A DNA stretch of 24,598 nucleotides from Thermotogota bacterium (GTDB lineage: Bacteria > Bipolaricaulota > Bipolaricaulia > UBA7950 > UBA9294): the NCBI GenBank assembly GCA_039679545.1, contig JBDKUT010000133.1:1-24598 (forward strand), in the 5' to 3' direction. The notes below the pieces were generated by a model. That model worked only from the letters and a program-made list of their open reading frames with translations. It was not told where the DNA came from and did not search any database. Made by a program: the position numbers and the translations under genes. This document shows positions 1-8,506 of the stretch, in pieces. Numbering within the stretch: the stretch's first letter is position 1; each line of letters opens with the position of its first letter.

Positions 1-1011
1 GGCGCCGTCGGCGCGGCGGAAGAGGTTCCAGCGGCCGGCGACGGCGGGGAGCGATGGCAGACGCTCGATGACGACCGACCACGGAACGCCGAGCGCGAGC
101 GCCGCGCCGAGCGCCGCCAGGGCGTTCGACGCGCCGTAGAGCCCATGCACCGGCGTCGTCACCCGAGCCGTCTCCCGGCTCCACGCGACCGAGAGCGTGA
201 TTCCACACGCATCCTCCGCTACCGCCTCTGCCTTCAGGTCCGCGGGGTGCTGGATGCCGTAGGTAATGGTTCGGCAGCGGCACGTCCGCCGAAGGGTCTC
301 TGAGTACGCGTCATCGGCGTTGAGCACAGCGACCGCCGACGGGGCCAACCCGCGGAACAAGATGGCTTTGGCCGCGCCGTACGCGTCGATCGTTCCGTGG
401 AGATCGAGGTGGTCGCGCGTCAGGTTCGTGAACACACCGACGTCGAACGCGATCTCGTCAAGGCGGTGTTGCTCCAGGCCGATCGACGAAGCTTCGAGGA
501 TGAGGATCGTCTTCCCTTGATCCACGGTTTCCCGGGCGATCCGCTGGATGGCCGGGCTGGAGGGGGTCGTCAGCGCTCGGAGGCCGCGCGACAGATTCTC
601 CACCGTGCCCACGACCGTCGTTGACTCCGGGCCCACGAGGTGGGCGACGAAGTGGCACACGCTCGTCTTTCCGTTGGTGCCCGTGACGCCGACCGTACGG
701 AGCCGCCGGGTTGGGTGGCCGTAGAATGCCGCCGCCCACCGTGCGAGCTCCATGCGTCCGTCCGCCACGACGAAGTGAGGGCGGTCGCCCACGTCGATGT
801 CCCGCTCGCAAATGACGGCCGCGGTTCCCCGTGCGACGGCGTCTGCCACGTGGGCGTGCCCGTCGTCGTGCGTTCCCCGATGGGCGACGAACAGCACGCC
901 GGGCGAGACGGCGCGCGAATCGTCGGTGATCCCCTCGATCTCCACCGCCGCCCAATCGGGGGGGCAAGGGATCCCGAGATCGGAGGTGAGGTCACCCAGC
1001 TGCTTGGTCAT
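1..1011 (-). CDS. murE: UDP-N-acetylmuramoyl-tripeptide synthetase MurE (3' end outside window)
   Basis: Absent from the ORF track; translated manually from ATG at 1011, open to the window edge. MTKQLGDL...DSRAV, P-loop GVTGTNGKTS, TTPS, LEASS, FTNLTRDHLDLH, NADD, SNALAA and AGRW are Mur-ligase/MurE motifs. Confidence 0.92.
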   Translation of the reverse strand, partial: MTKQLGDLTSDLGIPCPPDWAAVEIEGITDDSRAVSPGVLFVAHRGTHDDGHAHVADAVARGTAAVICERDIDVGDRPHFVVADGRMELARWAAAFYGHPTRRLRTVGVTGTNGKTSVCHFVAHLVGPESTTVVGTVENLSRGLRALTTPSSPAIQRIARETVDQGKTILILEASSIGLEQHRLDEIAFDVGVFTNLTRDHLDLHGTIDAYGAAKAILFRGLAPSAVAVLNADDAYSETLRRTCRCRTITYGIQHPADLKAEAVAEDACGITLSVAWSRETARVTTPVHGLYGASNALAALGAALALGVPWSVVIERLPSLPAVAGRWNLFRRADGA

Positions 1012-1534
1012 TGGCCGTCCTCATCCGGTAGACGTAGATCGGATAGCCGCCCTGGGCCTCTCCGATGACGTCCGGTTCCCATCCCCACATCGGATGGTAG
1101 TAGGAGACGACGCGTGCCCCCGAGCGCAGTGTCTTCTTCAGCTTCTCTTGAAGCTTGAAGTTGGAGGTGGCGGAAAGGAACAGGATCACGACGTCGCTGT
1201 CGCGTACGTCGTAGGTGTACATGTTCCCGCGGACGATCCTGGCCCTTCGAGGGACCCCCGCGAACAGGGCATAGAGGCGTGCCCAGATCACGCGGAAGGG
1301 GTCGATCTCGACACCGACGGCCCGGGCGCCGAACTCGCGTGCGGCGGCCACCACGATTCGACCGTCCCCGCATCCAAGGTCGACGACCCGCTCGCCGGGC
1401 CGAACGGAGCCGAGGAGCAGGATCCGCCGAACCGTCACCCGGTCGGTGGGCTGCCACAACGCGTCAAGCGTGAGGTTCCAGCCAAGCCAGAAGAGGGATA
1501 GGGCACCGAGAGCGACGCCCACCACCCAGGCCAT
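992..1534 (-). CDS. Class I SAM-dependent methyltransferase with N-terminal membrane anchor
   Basis: VVDLGCGDGRIV, GVEIDP, DVVILFL motifs; hydrophobic N-terminus; overlaps the murE start by 20 nt. Confidence 0.88.
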   Translation of the reverse strand: MAWVVGVALGALSLFWLGWNLTLDALWQPTDRVTVRRILLLGSVRPGERVVDLGCGDGRIVVAAAREFGARAVGVEIDPFRVIWARLYALFAGVPRRARIVRGNMYTYDVRDSDVVILFLSATSNFKLQEKLKKTLRSGARVVSYYHPMWGWEPDVIGEAQGGYPIYVYRMRTANDQAAG

Positions 1535-1996
1535 CTAGAACACGACGAAGAGGCCGGCCTCATAAACCGGTCCCGTCGTCCATCCAGACGTCGACCAACG
1601 AACGAGGTATCGCGCCTGCGCGAAAAGGCCCACGGGCTCAAAGAGAGGGATGCGGACTCCTCCTACGGCTTCGAAGACGACTGCGCTCGTATACTGAGGC
1701 GGAGTCAGCGCGGCGCCGACGCCAAGGCCTGCGTACGGATCGACCGGCGGTGTCGGAACATGGAACAGGACCGACGTAGTGGCAAGCATCAGTCCCGAAA
1801 TGCTCTCCGAAACCGCGAAACCAACCTCGGCGCGGAGGTCGAACGACGGAGAGAGGGCCGTCTCCGCCATGGCGCTCACAACCCAGAGCCCGGTTGGTTC
1901 GACGCCGACCCCCAGTCCCGCCGCCGCGGCGCCGACGCTGCACGTCACAGCGGCCAGGATCCCTACCATCACCAGAACCGCCGCTACCTGTCTCAT
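1535..1996 (-). CDS. Exported protein, probable small outer-membrane beta-barrel
   Basis: Signal peptide, PYAGLGVG-type amphipathic strands, C-terminal Phe, AAGGAGG SD; its stop abuts the next ATG. Confidence 0.7.
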   Translation of the reverse strand: MRQVAAVLVMVGILAAVTCSVGAAAAGLGVGVEPTGLWVVSAMAETALSPSFDLRAEVGFAVSESISGLMLATTSVLFHVPTPPVDPYAGLGVGAALTPPQYTSAVVFEAVGGVRIPLFEPVGLFAQARYLVRWSTSGWTTGPVYEAGLFVVF

Positions 1997-2016
1997 CCCC
2001 CCTCCTTACGCTGCAC

Positions 2017-3927
2017 CTAGATGTCGAGCGACGTCACCTTGTCGCTGTTCTCCATGATGAAGGCGCGTCGCTTCCCGACATCGTCCCCCATCAGGGTCGA
2101 GAAGATGTCGTCCGCTTCCAGCTCGTCGCGGATCTCGATCTTCTTCAGGATTCGTTTCTCGGGATCCATCGTCGTTTCCCAGAGCTCCTGGGGGTTCATC
2201 TCTCCCAGTCCCTTGAACCGCTTCACCGAGTAGTTGCCCACGTTTGCGCGCCGGTACGCCTCAAGCTGTTCATCTGAGTGCATGTAGATCGTCTGCTTGC
2301 CATTCTTGACTTGGTAGAGAGGGGGCTTGGCGATGTAGATATTGCCCTGCTCGATCAGCCGGGGGAGGTAGCGGTAGAAGAAGGTCAGGATGAGGCCGGA
2401 GATGTGCCCGCCGTCCACGTCCGCATCCGCCATGATGATCAGTCGGTTGTAGCGGAGCCTGTCCAGGCTGAACTCATCGCGGATGCCGGTGCCGATCGCG
2501 GTGATCATCGCTTTGATCTCGGCATTGTCCAAGAGCTTGGCGACTCCAGCCTTCTCGACGTTCAGAACCTTCCCGCGCAGGGGAAGGATTGCCTGGAACT
2601 CGCGGTTCCGACCTTGCTTGGCGCTGCCCCCGGCCGAGTCTCCCTCCACGATGAACATCTCGCAGTTCTCCGGCTCGCGGCTGGAGCAGTCGGCGAGCTT
2701 CCCCGGGAGCGAGGTCGAGGCGAGCGGCCCCTTTCTCCGTGCGAGCGTACGCGCCTTGGAGGCGGCCATGCGGGCCCGCCCGGACTGGACCGACTTCTCA
2801 ATGATCAGGCGGGCGAGCTTGGGGTCCTTCTGGAAGATAAGGTTGAGCTGCTCGACGAGGATGTCGCTCGTAATGCTCTGCACTTCGGGGTTCCCGAGCT
2901 TCGTCTTCGTCTGCCCTTCGAATTCCGGGTTGGGGATCTTGACGCTGATGATCGCGACAAGCCCCTCGCGGATGTCCTCGCCCCGCAGGTTGGGGTCTGC
3001 TTTCGTGAGGATCTTCTTTTCGCGGCCGTAGTCGTTCAGGAACTTTGTCAGGGCCGCCTTGAACCCGAGGAGGTGCGTTCCGCCGTCCACGGTGTTGATG
3101 TTGTTGGCAAACGCGTAGATTGCCTCGTCGTACCCCTTCGTGAACTGCATGGCGATCTCGACTTCGATGTCCTGTTCGGCGCCCTTCAAGTAGATCGGGT
3201 TCGGGTGAAGCGGCTCGCGCTTCGTCGCCAGCTCGGCGACGAACGACTTGATCCCCCCAACGTTCTGGAACTCCCGAGTGACCCCCGCCGCCTCGTTCTC
3301 CAGGATGATCTTCAGCCCGCCGTTGAGGTAGGACAGCTCGCGCAGCCGGTGGGACAGCTGGGGAAAGTTGTAGTGGATCTCGCCGAAGATCTGGGAGTCG
3401 GGGAGAAACGTCGTCGTTGTTCCGGTCCGGTCGCTCTCTCCGACGATCTCGAGTTCGGTGATCTTCGGTCCGCGGGAGAACTCCTGATGGTAGACCTTGC
3501 CGTTGCGGTGGACCTCCACCGTGAGGTGTTCCGAGAGGGCATTCACGACGGACACGCCGACGCCGTGGAGTCCCCCGGCGACGTGGTAGCTCTTGTTGTC
3601 AAACTTCCCGCCTGCATGGAGCGTCATCATGACGAGCTCCAAAGCGGGGGTCCCGGTCTCACGGTGGATGCCGACGGGCATTCCGCGGCCGTTGTCGGTG
3701 ACGGTCACGCGGTTGTCGCCATGGACCGTCACGCGGATCTCATCGCAGAACCCGGACAAAGCCTCATCGATGCTATTGTCGAGGATTTCCTCAATCAGGT
3801 GCATCAATCCAGACTGACCGGTACTCCCGATGTACATGCCGGGGCGAAGGCGTACCGGTTCGAGATCCTCCAAAACCTTGATTTGGTCGGCCTCGTAGGC
3901 CTGTGACTCCTGGTGCTTGGCAACCAT
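2017..3927 (-). CDS. gyrB: DNA gyrase subunit B (short type, 636 aa)
   Basis: RPGMYIG, DNGRGMP, LHAGGKF, GGLHGVG, FEGQTK, VEGDSAGG, PLRGK, DADVDG, KGLGEM. Start moved to ATG 3927 because the longer ORF start overlaps the predicted promoter. ParE is not strictly excluded. Confidence 0.93.
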   Translation of the reverse strand: MVAKHQESQAYEADQIKVLEDLEPVRLRPGMYIGSTGQSGLMHLIEEILDNSIDEALSGFCDEIRVTVHGDNRVTVTDNGRGMPVGIHRETGTPALELVMMTLHAGGKFDNKSYHVAGGLHGVGVSVVNALSEHLTVEVHRNGKVYHQEFSRGPKITELEIVGESDRTGTTTTFLPDSQIFGEIHYNFPQLSHRLRELSYLNGGLKIILENEAAGVTREFQNVGGIKSFVAELATKREPLHPNPIYLKGAEQDIEVEIAMQFTKGYDEAIYAFANNINTVDGGTHLLGFKAALTKFLNDYGREKKILTKADPNLRGEDIREGLVAIISVKIPNPEFEGQTKTKLGNPEVQSITSDILVEQLNLIFQKDPKLARLIIEKSVQSGRARMAASKARTLARRKGPLASTSLPGKLADCSSREPENCEMFIVEGDSAGGSAKQGRNREFQAILPLRGKVLNVEKAGVAKLLDNAEIKAMITAIGTGIRDEFSLDRLRYNRLIIMADADVDGGHISGLILTFFYRYLPRLIEQGNIYIAKPPLYQVKNGKQTIYMHSDEQLEAYRRANVGNYSVKRFKGLGEMNPQELWETTMDPEKRILKKIEIRDELEADDIFSTLMGDDVGKRRAFIMENSDKVTSLDI

Positions 3928-3943
3928 GACACCACCCAGCGAA

Positions 3944-3972
3944 ATTCTACTGAAACGCCGAGTGGATTTCAA
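3944..3972 (-). promoter_or_regulatory. sigma70-type promoter for the gyrB run
   Basis: TTGAAA-17bp-TAGAAT on the minus strand just upstream of ATG 3927. Confidence 0.7.
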
Positions 3973-4043
3973 TCTCCGGCGTTTCCGCCCGCCCGACGGG
4001 AGACCATCAAACCCGGAGGCGGCAGGCGCCCTCGGGGGCTCTC

Positions 4044-6203
4044 CTACTGGTGCTGCTTCACCACGGCGACGACGTCGGGGAAGTCGATCCCGAGATCCTT
4101 CAGCTTGGCGAGCGTCGGGACTCCGTCTTGTGTCCAGCCGCGACGTACGTACACGGCGTCGATGAGTTTCTCGTACTGAGCCTCGCGATAGGAGCGCAGC
4201 GCCTTGACCTTCTCTTCCGTCGTCATTCCCGCCGGATCGGCGCCCACGGCGTCTCGGAGTACGGCGTCGTACCGGTCGGCGCGCGACTCGTACTCGGCGA
4301 CCGTCACCGGCCCCGCCGAGCGGTACGGAATGGCGTCATGCTTCCGAGTCCCAAACCCCATGCGCACGTTGAACACGCGCTGGAAGTTGTAGACGCGCTC
4401 CGACTGCCGAATGATGTCGGGTGGGGTCACCTCGATTCCGGTGACGCCGGCGAACAGGTTCGAGTAGTTCTCGACGTGCTCGGGGACCTTCGCTGCCTCG
4501 ATCCCTTTGTACTTCGTCCGGTTGTCGGCGGGCTCGATGTCGTTCCACGGCAGCTTGCAGAGGCCCATCAGCCCGAACCACGTGCGCCACATCGGGAAGT
4601 AGTGCAATGCCTCCGCTTTGTCGGCGAAGGTCGGCAGCTGCTTGTTCACCATGTCCATGAAGATGAGCCATGCCTCGTCGTGTTGCGGCCCTTTGTTGGC
4701 GAGTCCGTACCCGCCCTGCATGGCGAGAGACTCCTTCGTGACGTACTCGGAGTACTCGAGCCCCTTGCACTCCATCCCGATGTCGTCAAGGAACGCGCGA
4801 TTCGCGCCGTACGCCTTGACGAAATGGTCCTTCATGCGGCGGATCCCCTGGCCGGCGATCGCGCCGAACCCCTCGCCGCGAGCCATCTGGTGCAGGAGCT
4901 CGAGTGCCGCCTGGGCGTTGCCGAATCGAAGGTCGAGGTCGCCCGTCTTCTCCTTGTCGAGGACGCCGGCCTCGTAGCACTCCATGATGAACGCAGTTCC
5001 GGTGGCGAAGGAGATCGTGTCAATTCCGTACGTATCGCAGTAGAAGTTGTACTCGAGCACGAAGTCGGCTTCGAAGATGCCCATGTTGGCGCTTCCCGCT
5101 GCGGTCTCGTACTCTGGACCGTCCACGATCACCTTGGTGCCTTTGTACGGGCCGGTCTTGAGAGTGAATCCATCCACCGCGTGGGCGCACGCCATGGTGC
5201 AGCCGAACCAGCATCCATCCGGGAGCCCCTGCGTGAACCGCGTTCGCCACACCGGGGACGAGATCGCATCCGCTTCGGGATGCGATCCGAAGCGGTAGTT
5301 CTCCACCGGCAGAAGGTCGAACTCGTTCATCACCTCGACGATGTTCGACGTACCGACGCTGCGCATGTCGTTCTGCTTGGCGTCGAGGTCGAGGATCTCC
5401 TTCGTGATTCGCGCTCCCGCCTTGCGCAGGCGTTCGATGTCGGCGGGGCCGTTCAGCTCTGTGCTGACGCCGCCGGGGTGCTTGACGACGAGGGCGGCAA
5501 TTCGCTTGTTCCGAAGCACTGTCCCAATTCCGCCGCGCCCCGCCTGCTTCAAACGAAGTGCCTTCCGCCGCATGTCGTAAAGGCTGAAGTTGAGGCATCC
5601 AAGTCGCGTGTGCTCGGCACCGGCTCCCGCAGAAACTGTTGCCACCGCAATGAGGTCCTTGGGCGCGCCGGAGTCGGCGAAGTCTCGCGTCAGCGTGTCG
5701 GCGAGGACGTGGGTGTTGACGTCCTTGTGGGGGCACTCGAGGAGACGTACGACGCCGTCGGCTTCGTCAACGACGACGACCACGTCTTTCTTTGCCTTCC
5801 CCTGGACTTCGATGGCGTCCCAGCCGGCGAACTTCAGGTACGGCCCGAAATACCCCCCGACGTTGCAGTCGATGGCACACCCGGTCGTCGGTGAGAGGCT
5901 GACAACGAGCGACTTCCCTGTTCCCGCGTACTGGGTGATCCCGCCGATCGGTCCCGAGGAGATGACGATCTCGTTCTTGGGATCGTCCCAGGTGGTGGAC
6001 GAGTCGACGGCGTTCCACAACCGCCACAGGCCGAAGCCGCGCCCGCCGATGAACACGTCCTTCATCTGCTGTGTGACGGGTCGTTCCTCGATGGCGCCGG
6101 TGCCCACGTTGACGTAGAGAGTCTTCCCCGTGTAGCCGCGGTATGCGCGTGCTCGTTCGTAGGGCTTCTCTGCGATGACTCGATACCCCTGCGGTGCCGC
6201 CAT
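4044..6203 (-). CDS. aor: Aldehyde:ferredoxin oxidoreductase family (tungstopterin, 4Fe-4S)
   Basis: FIGGRG, SLSPTTG, GGYFG..LKFAGWDAI..G, AGRGGIG, CxxCxxxC (CWFGCTMAC), GPEYET, CDTYGIDTIS, Y..RGW..DGVPT...L..LG. Confidence 0.93.
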   Translation of the reverse strand: MAAPQGYRVIAEKPYERARAYRGYTGKTLYVNVGTGAIEERPVTQQMKDVFIGGRGFGLWRLWNAVDSSTTWDDPKNEIVISSGPIGGITQYAGTGKSLVVSLSPTTGCAIDCNVGGYFGPYLKFAGWDAIEVQGKAKKDVVVVVDEADGVVRLLECPHKDVNTHVLADTLTRDFADSGAPKDLIAVATVSAGAGAEHTRLGCLNFSLYDMRRKALRLKQAGRGGIGTVLRNKRIAALVVKHPGGVSTELNGPADIERLRKAGARITKEILDLDAKQNDMRSVGTSNIVEVMNEFDLLPVENYRFGSHPEADAISSPVWRTRFTQGLPDGCWFGCTMACAHAVDGFTLKTGPYKGTKVIVDGPEYETAAGSANMGIFEADFVLEYNFYCDTYGIDTISFATGTAFIMECYEAGVLDKEKTGDLDLRFGNAQAALELLHQMARGEGFGAIAGQGIRRMKDHFVKAYGANRAFLDDIGMECKGLEYSEYVTKESLAMQGGYGLANKGPQHDEAWLIFMDMVNKQLPTFADKAEALHYFPMWRTWFGLMGLCKLPWNDIEPADNRTKYKGIEAAKVPEHVENYSNLFAGVTGIEVTPPDIIRQSERVYNFQRVFNVRMGFGTRKHDAIPYRSAGPVTVAEYESRADRYDAVLRDAVGADPAGMTTEEKVKALRSYREAQYEKLIDAVYVRRGWTQDGVPTLAKLKDLGIDFPDVVAVVKQHQ

Positions 6204-6258
6204 GCGTTCCTCCCGGAAGCTCGCTCAAGCAAGCCTGCTGTCGCCTTATGTCCGCCAT

Positions 6259-6287
6259 AGTGTAGGAGAGGTGGAGAGGGTTCTCAA
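6259..6287 (-). promoter_or_regulatory. sigma70-type promoter for aor
   Basis: TTGAGA-17bp-TACACT on the minus strand. Confidence 0.65.
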
Positions 6288-6406
6288 ACCCCCTTGAGGT
6301 GAAAGTTGGTTGTCGTCTCGGTCTATGGTCCGGGCACTCCAGGAAGAATCTCCTCAACGCTGGCCTGTTGGAACGGGAACTGTCCAAGGCAAGAGAGTGA
6401 ATGGTT

Positions 6407-6444
6407 GAGGGGGACTGCCGGGCGGCTTCGCCCTGCAGTCCCTC
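6407..6444 (+). promoter_or_regulatory. 5' leader stem-loop upstream of the pilin-like gene
   Basis: GGGACTGC/GCAGTCCC with inner GGGCG/CGCCC, ending about 12 nt before the AAGGAGG SD. Confidence 0.5.
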
Positions 6445-6467
6445 TGTCATCGCAGAAGGAGGCCGGA

Positions 6468-6974
6468 ATGACGGGTAGGCGTGTAGGGATCGTTCTTCTC
6501 ACCGCGGCTCTCGTGTCGCTCTCCATCGGTGTGTACGGAGGCAACTCCGACACGATCACGGTGAACTACGAGGTTCAGGCCATTAACGAGATCACCATCA
6601 GCGCGGCATCCGTGACGCTAACGGTCTCCACAGCGACCGCCGGCTCGCAGCCGGACAGTGTAACGGACAACTCGACGGCCACGTACGCACTGACGACGAA
6701 CTCCACGACCGCGGACTCCAAGAAGATCACCGCCGCGATCGACACTGCCATGCCGTCGGGGGTTACGCTCTACCTAACGTTGGCCGCCCCGACGGGCGCG
6801 ACGAGCACGGGCGAGACGGAGATCACCAACGTCGCTGCTAGCGTTGTGACCGCCATCGAGGCCGTCGCGGAATCGGGGCTCGTCATGACGTTCAAGCTGT
6901 CAGCGACGGTGTCTTCGGGGGTCGTGGCTTCTGCGGCGAAGACGCTGACGCTGACCCTTACTGACGTTTCGTAG
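6468..6974 (+). CDS. Secreted Thr/Ala/Ser-rich beta protein, putative major pilin/fibre subunit (168 aa)
   Basis: AAGGAGG SD + ATG 6468, signal peptide, N-terminal alternating strand TITVNYEV, C-terminal alternating strand TLTLTLTD. Confidence 0.7.
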   Translation: MTGRRVGIVLLTAALVSLSIGVYGGNSDTITVNYEVQAINEITISAASVTLTVSTATAGSQPDSVTDNSTATYALTTNSTTADSKKITAAIDTAMPSGVTLYLTLAAPTGATSTGETEITNVAASVVTAIEAVAESGLVMTFKLSATVSSGVVASAAKTLTLTLTDVS

Positions 6975-6993
6975 ATCGACGGTCGAGCGGCCG

Positions 6994-7026
6994 GCGACCG
7001 GGAACCCTGAGCCCGGTTCCGGTTGC
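6994..7026 (+). other. Stem-loop after the putative major subunit gene (mRNA stabiliser or attenuator)
   Basis: GCGACCGG(G)AACC...GGTTCCGGTTGC; no U-tract. Confidence 0.5.
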
Positions 7027-7056
7027 TTGACTTCTCCGCCGGCGGAGCACGGTCGC

Positions 7057-7572
7057 ATGCGTTCACCGAGACCACAAGCAAGCAGGCGCAGTCTGAGGTC
7101 TTTCGCTGTCCTGGGAACGGTCGTCGTCGTCTTGACGCAGGCCGTTGAGGCCCTGCCTGCGATTGTCCTCGTATGCACAGGCTCGTGGAGTCCGGTGATC
7201 GGGGCTGCCGATCTTGTCGCCGGGGCGGGGAGCGCTCTTCGGAGCACCTACGAAAGCGCTACGGACCAAATCAGCGTGACGATCTCGGACACGGCGGGTT
7301 CGGGCGACGCCTGGAGGGTCGACGTCCGGCGCGTCGACGGAACGTGGAACGACGACGTCAACCTCTGGATCGTTCGGACGAGTGACGGTACCGGGGGAGC
7401 GGTGACGGGGGGGACGTCGTACGTTCAGGTCACGACGAGCGATCAGACGTTCTTCAGCGGAAGCGACGACGTGAGCGACATTACGTGTCGGCTCAGGTTG
7501 ACGGGGGTTTCCATCGCTGTCCCTCCGGGGTCCTACGGGACCACAGTCTGGCTCACGGTGGTTGACACCTGA
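7057..7572 (+). CDS. Secreted beta protein, putative minor pilin-like subunit
   Basis: Basic+hydrophobic signal region, two Cys, C-terminal PPGSYGTTVWLTVVD strand typical of pilin/spore-coat-U-like folds. Start uncertain (7027 or 7057). Confidence 0.65.
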   Translation: MRSPRPQASRRSLRSFAVLGTVVVVLTQAVEALPAIVLVCTGSWSPVIGAADLVAGAGSALRSTYESATDQISVTISDTAGSGDAWRVDVRRVDGTWNDDVNLWIVRTSDGTGGAVTGGTSYVQVTTSDQTFFSGSDDVSDITCRLRLTGVSIAVPPGSYGTTVWLTVVDT

Positions 7573-8411
7573 TGGAGGAGAGCATGAACGAGGTCGTGAG
7601 CAGGGACGGTGCGCGGATGCGACGAATCCTACGGGCTGCCGTCCTGGGTCTTGCGGGGGTCGCTGGTGTGGCGGGGGCAGCGGTGGGGCAGCTTGCGATT
7701 CCTGGGGAACTCACGCACGAGTACGTCGTCGCAGCGGGCGAGGAGATCGCAGCAGAGCTGCTCATCGAGAACACGTCCGACGAGCCGGTCGTCGTCGTCG
7801 TCCGCCAGGCGGACTACTCGTTCTCCGCCGACGGGACGAATCACTACGACGAGCCCGGAACCGCGGAGCGATCGAACGCTGCGTGGATCCAGCTTGCGCT
7901 GCCCGCGAAGTTGATTATCCCCCCCCGCGGGGAAGTGCGGGTCGCGTACTGGATTCGTGTTCCCGATGCCCCGTTCCTCGTGGGCACGTACTGGAGCATG
8001 CTGCTTGTCGCTCCGGAGATCTCCCCGACGCCCGCGGAACCGGGGGCGTTCGGAGTTCGGACGGTCCTTCAGTACGGGGTTCAGATCGTCACCCACGTCG
8101 GCGACACCGGACTTCGTGCGATCCATATCGAGAACGTCCAGCTCGTGCGAGAATCCGAGGGCGTCGTACTCGAAGTGGACGTCGCCAACGTCGGCGAGCG
8201 CTGGGTGCGGCCCACCGCGTGGGTCGAAGTCTACGACTCGAGTGGCGCGCTCGTCGGACGCTTCGACAGCGGTCGACAGCGGATCTATCCGGGCACGTCG
8301 GTCCGCCACCGCTTCGTCCTCGACATTCCGGCCGGCGAGTACAAGGCCCTCGTCGTCTTCGACAACGGCGACGAGTACGTCTGGGGAGCCCAGTACACGC
8401 TTGCGTGGTGA
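7572..8411 (+). CDS. Exported two-Ig-domain protein, putative pilus chaperone
   Basis: Signal peptide, IENTSDEP, SNAAWI, GTYWSMLLV, NVGE, IYPG, PAGEY. TGATG coupling to the previous gene; alternative start 7584. Confidence 0.65.
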   Translation: MEESMNEVVSRDGARMRRILRAAVLGLAGVAGVAGAAVGQLAIPGELTHEYVVAAGEEIAAELLIENTSDEPVVVVVRQADYSFSADGTNHYDEPGTAERSNAAWIQLALPAKLIIPPRGEVRVAYWIRVPDAPFLVGTYWSMLLVAPEISPTPAEPGAFGVRTVLQYGVQIVTHVGDTGLRAIHIENVQLVRESEGVVLEVDVANVGERWVRPTAWVEVYDSSGALVGRFDSGRQRIYPGTSVRHRFVLDIPAGEYKALVVFDNGDEYVWGAQYTLAW

Positions 8412-8506
8412 TCCGGGAATCCCCCGTTGCTGCACAAACGTCCTCTACGAGGGCGAACAACGCCGGGGTCTGTGCAACACGCCGACGGCATGCTTGAGTC
8501 CGAGAA

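Noticed and set aside
2278..3906. 542-aa plus-strand ORF
   Set aside because: Antisense shadow of gyrB caused by GC-rich codon bias; no motifs.
4050..5894. 614-aa plus-strand ORF
   Set aside because: Antisense shadow of aor.
6288..6405. c-di-GMP-II or Moco/Wco riboswitch in the aor/pilin intergenic region
   Set aside because: GGGCAC is present but its GTGCAACC pseudoknot partner is not, and no Moco consensus is recognisable.
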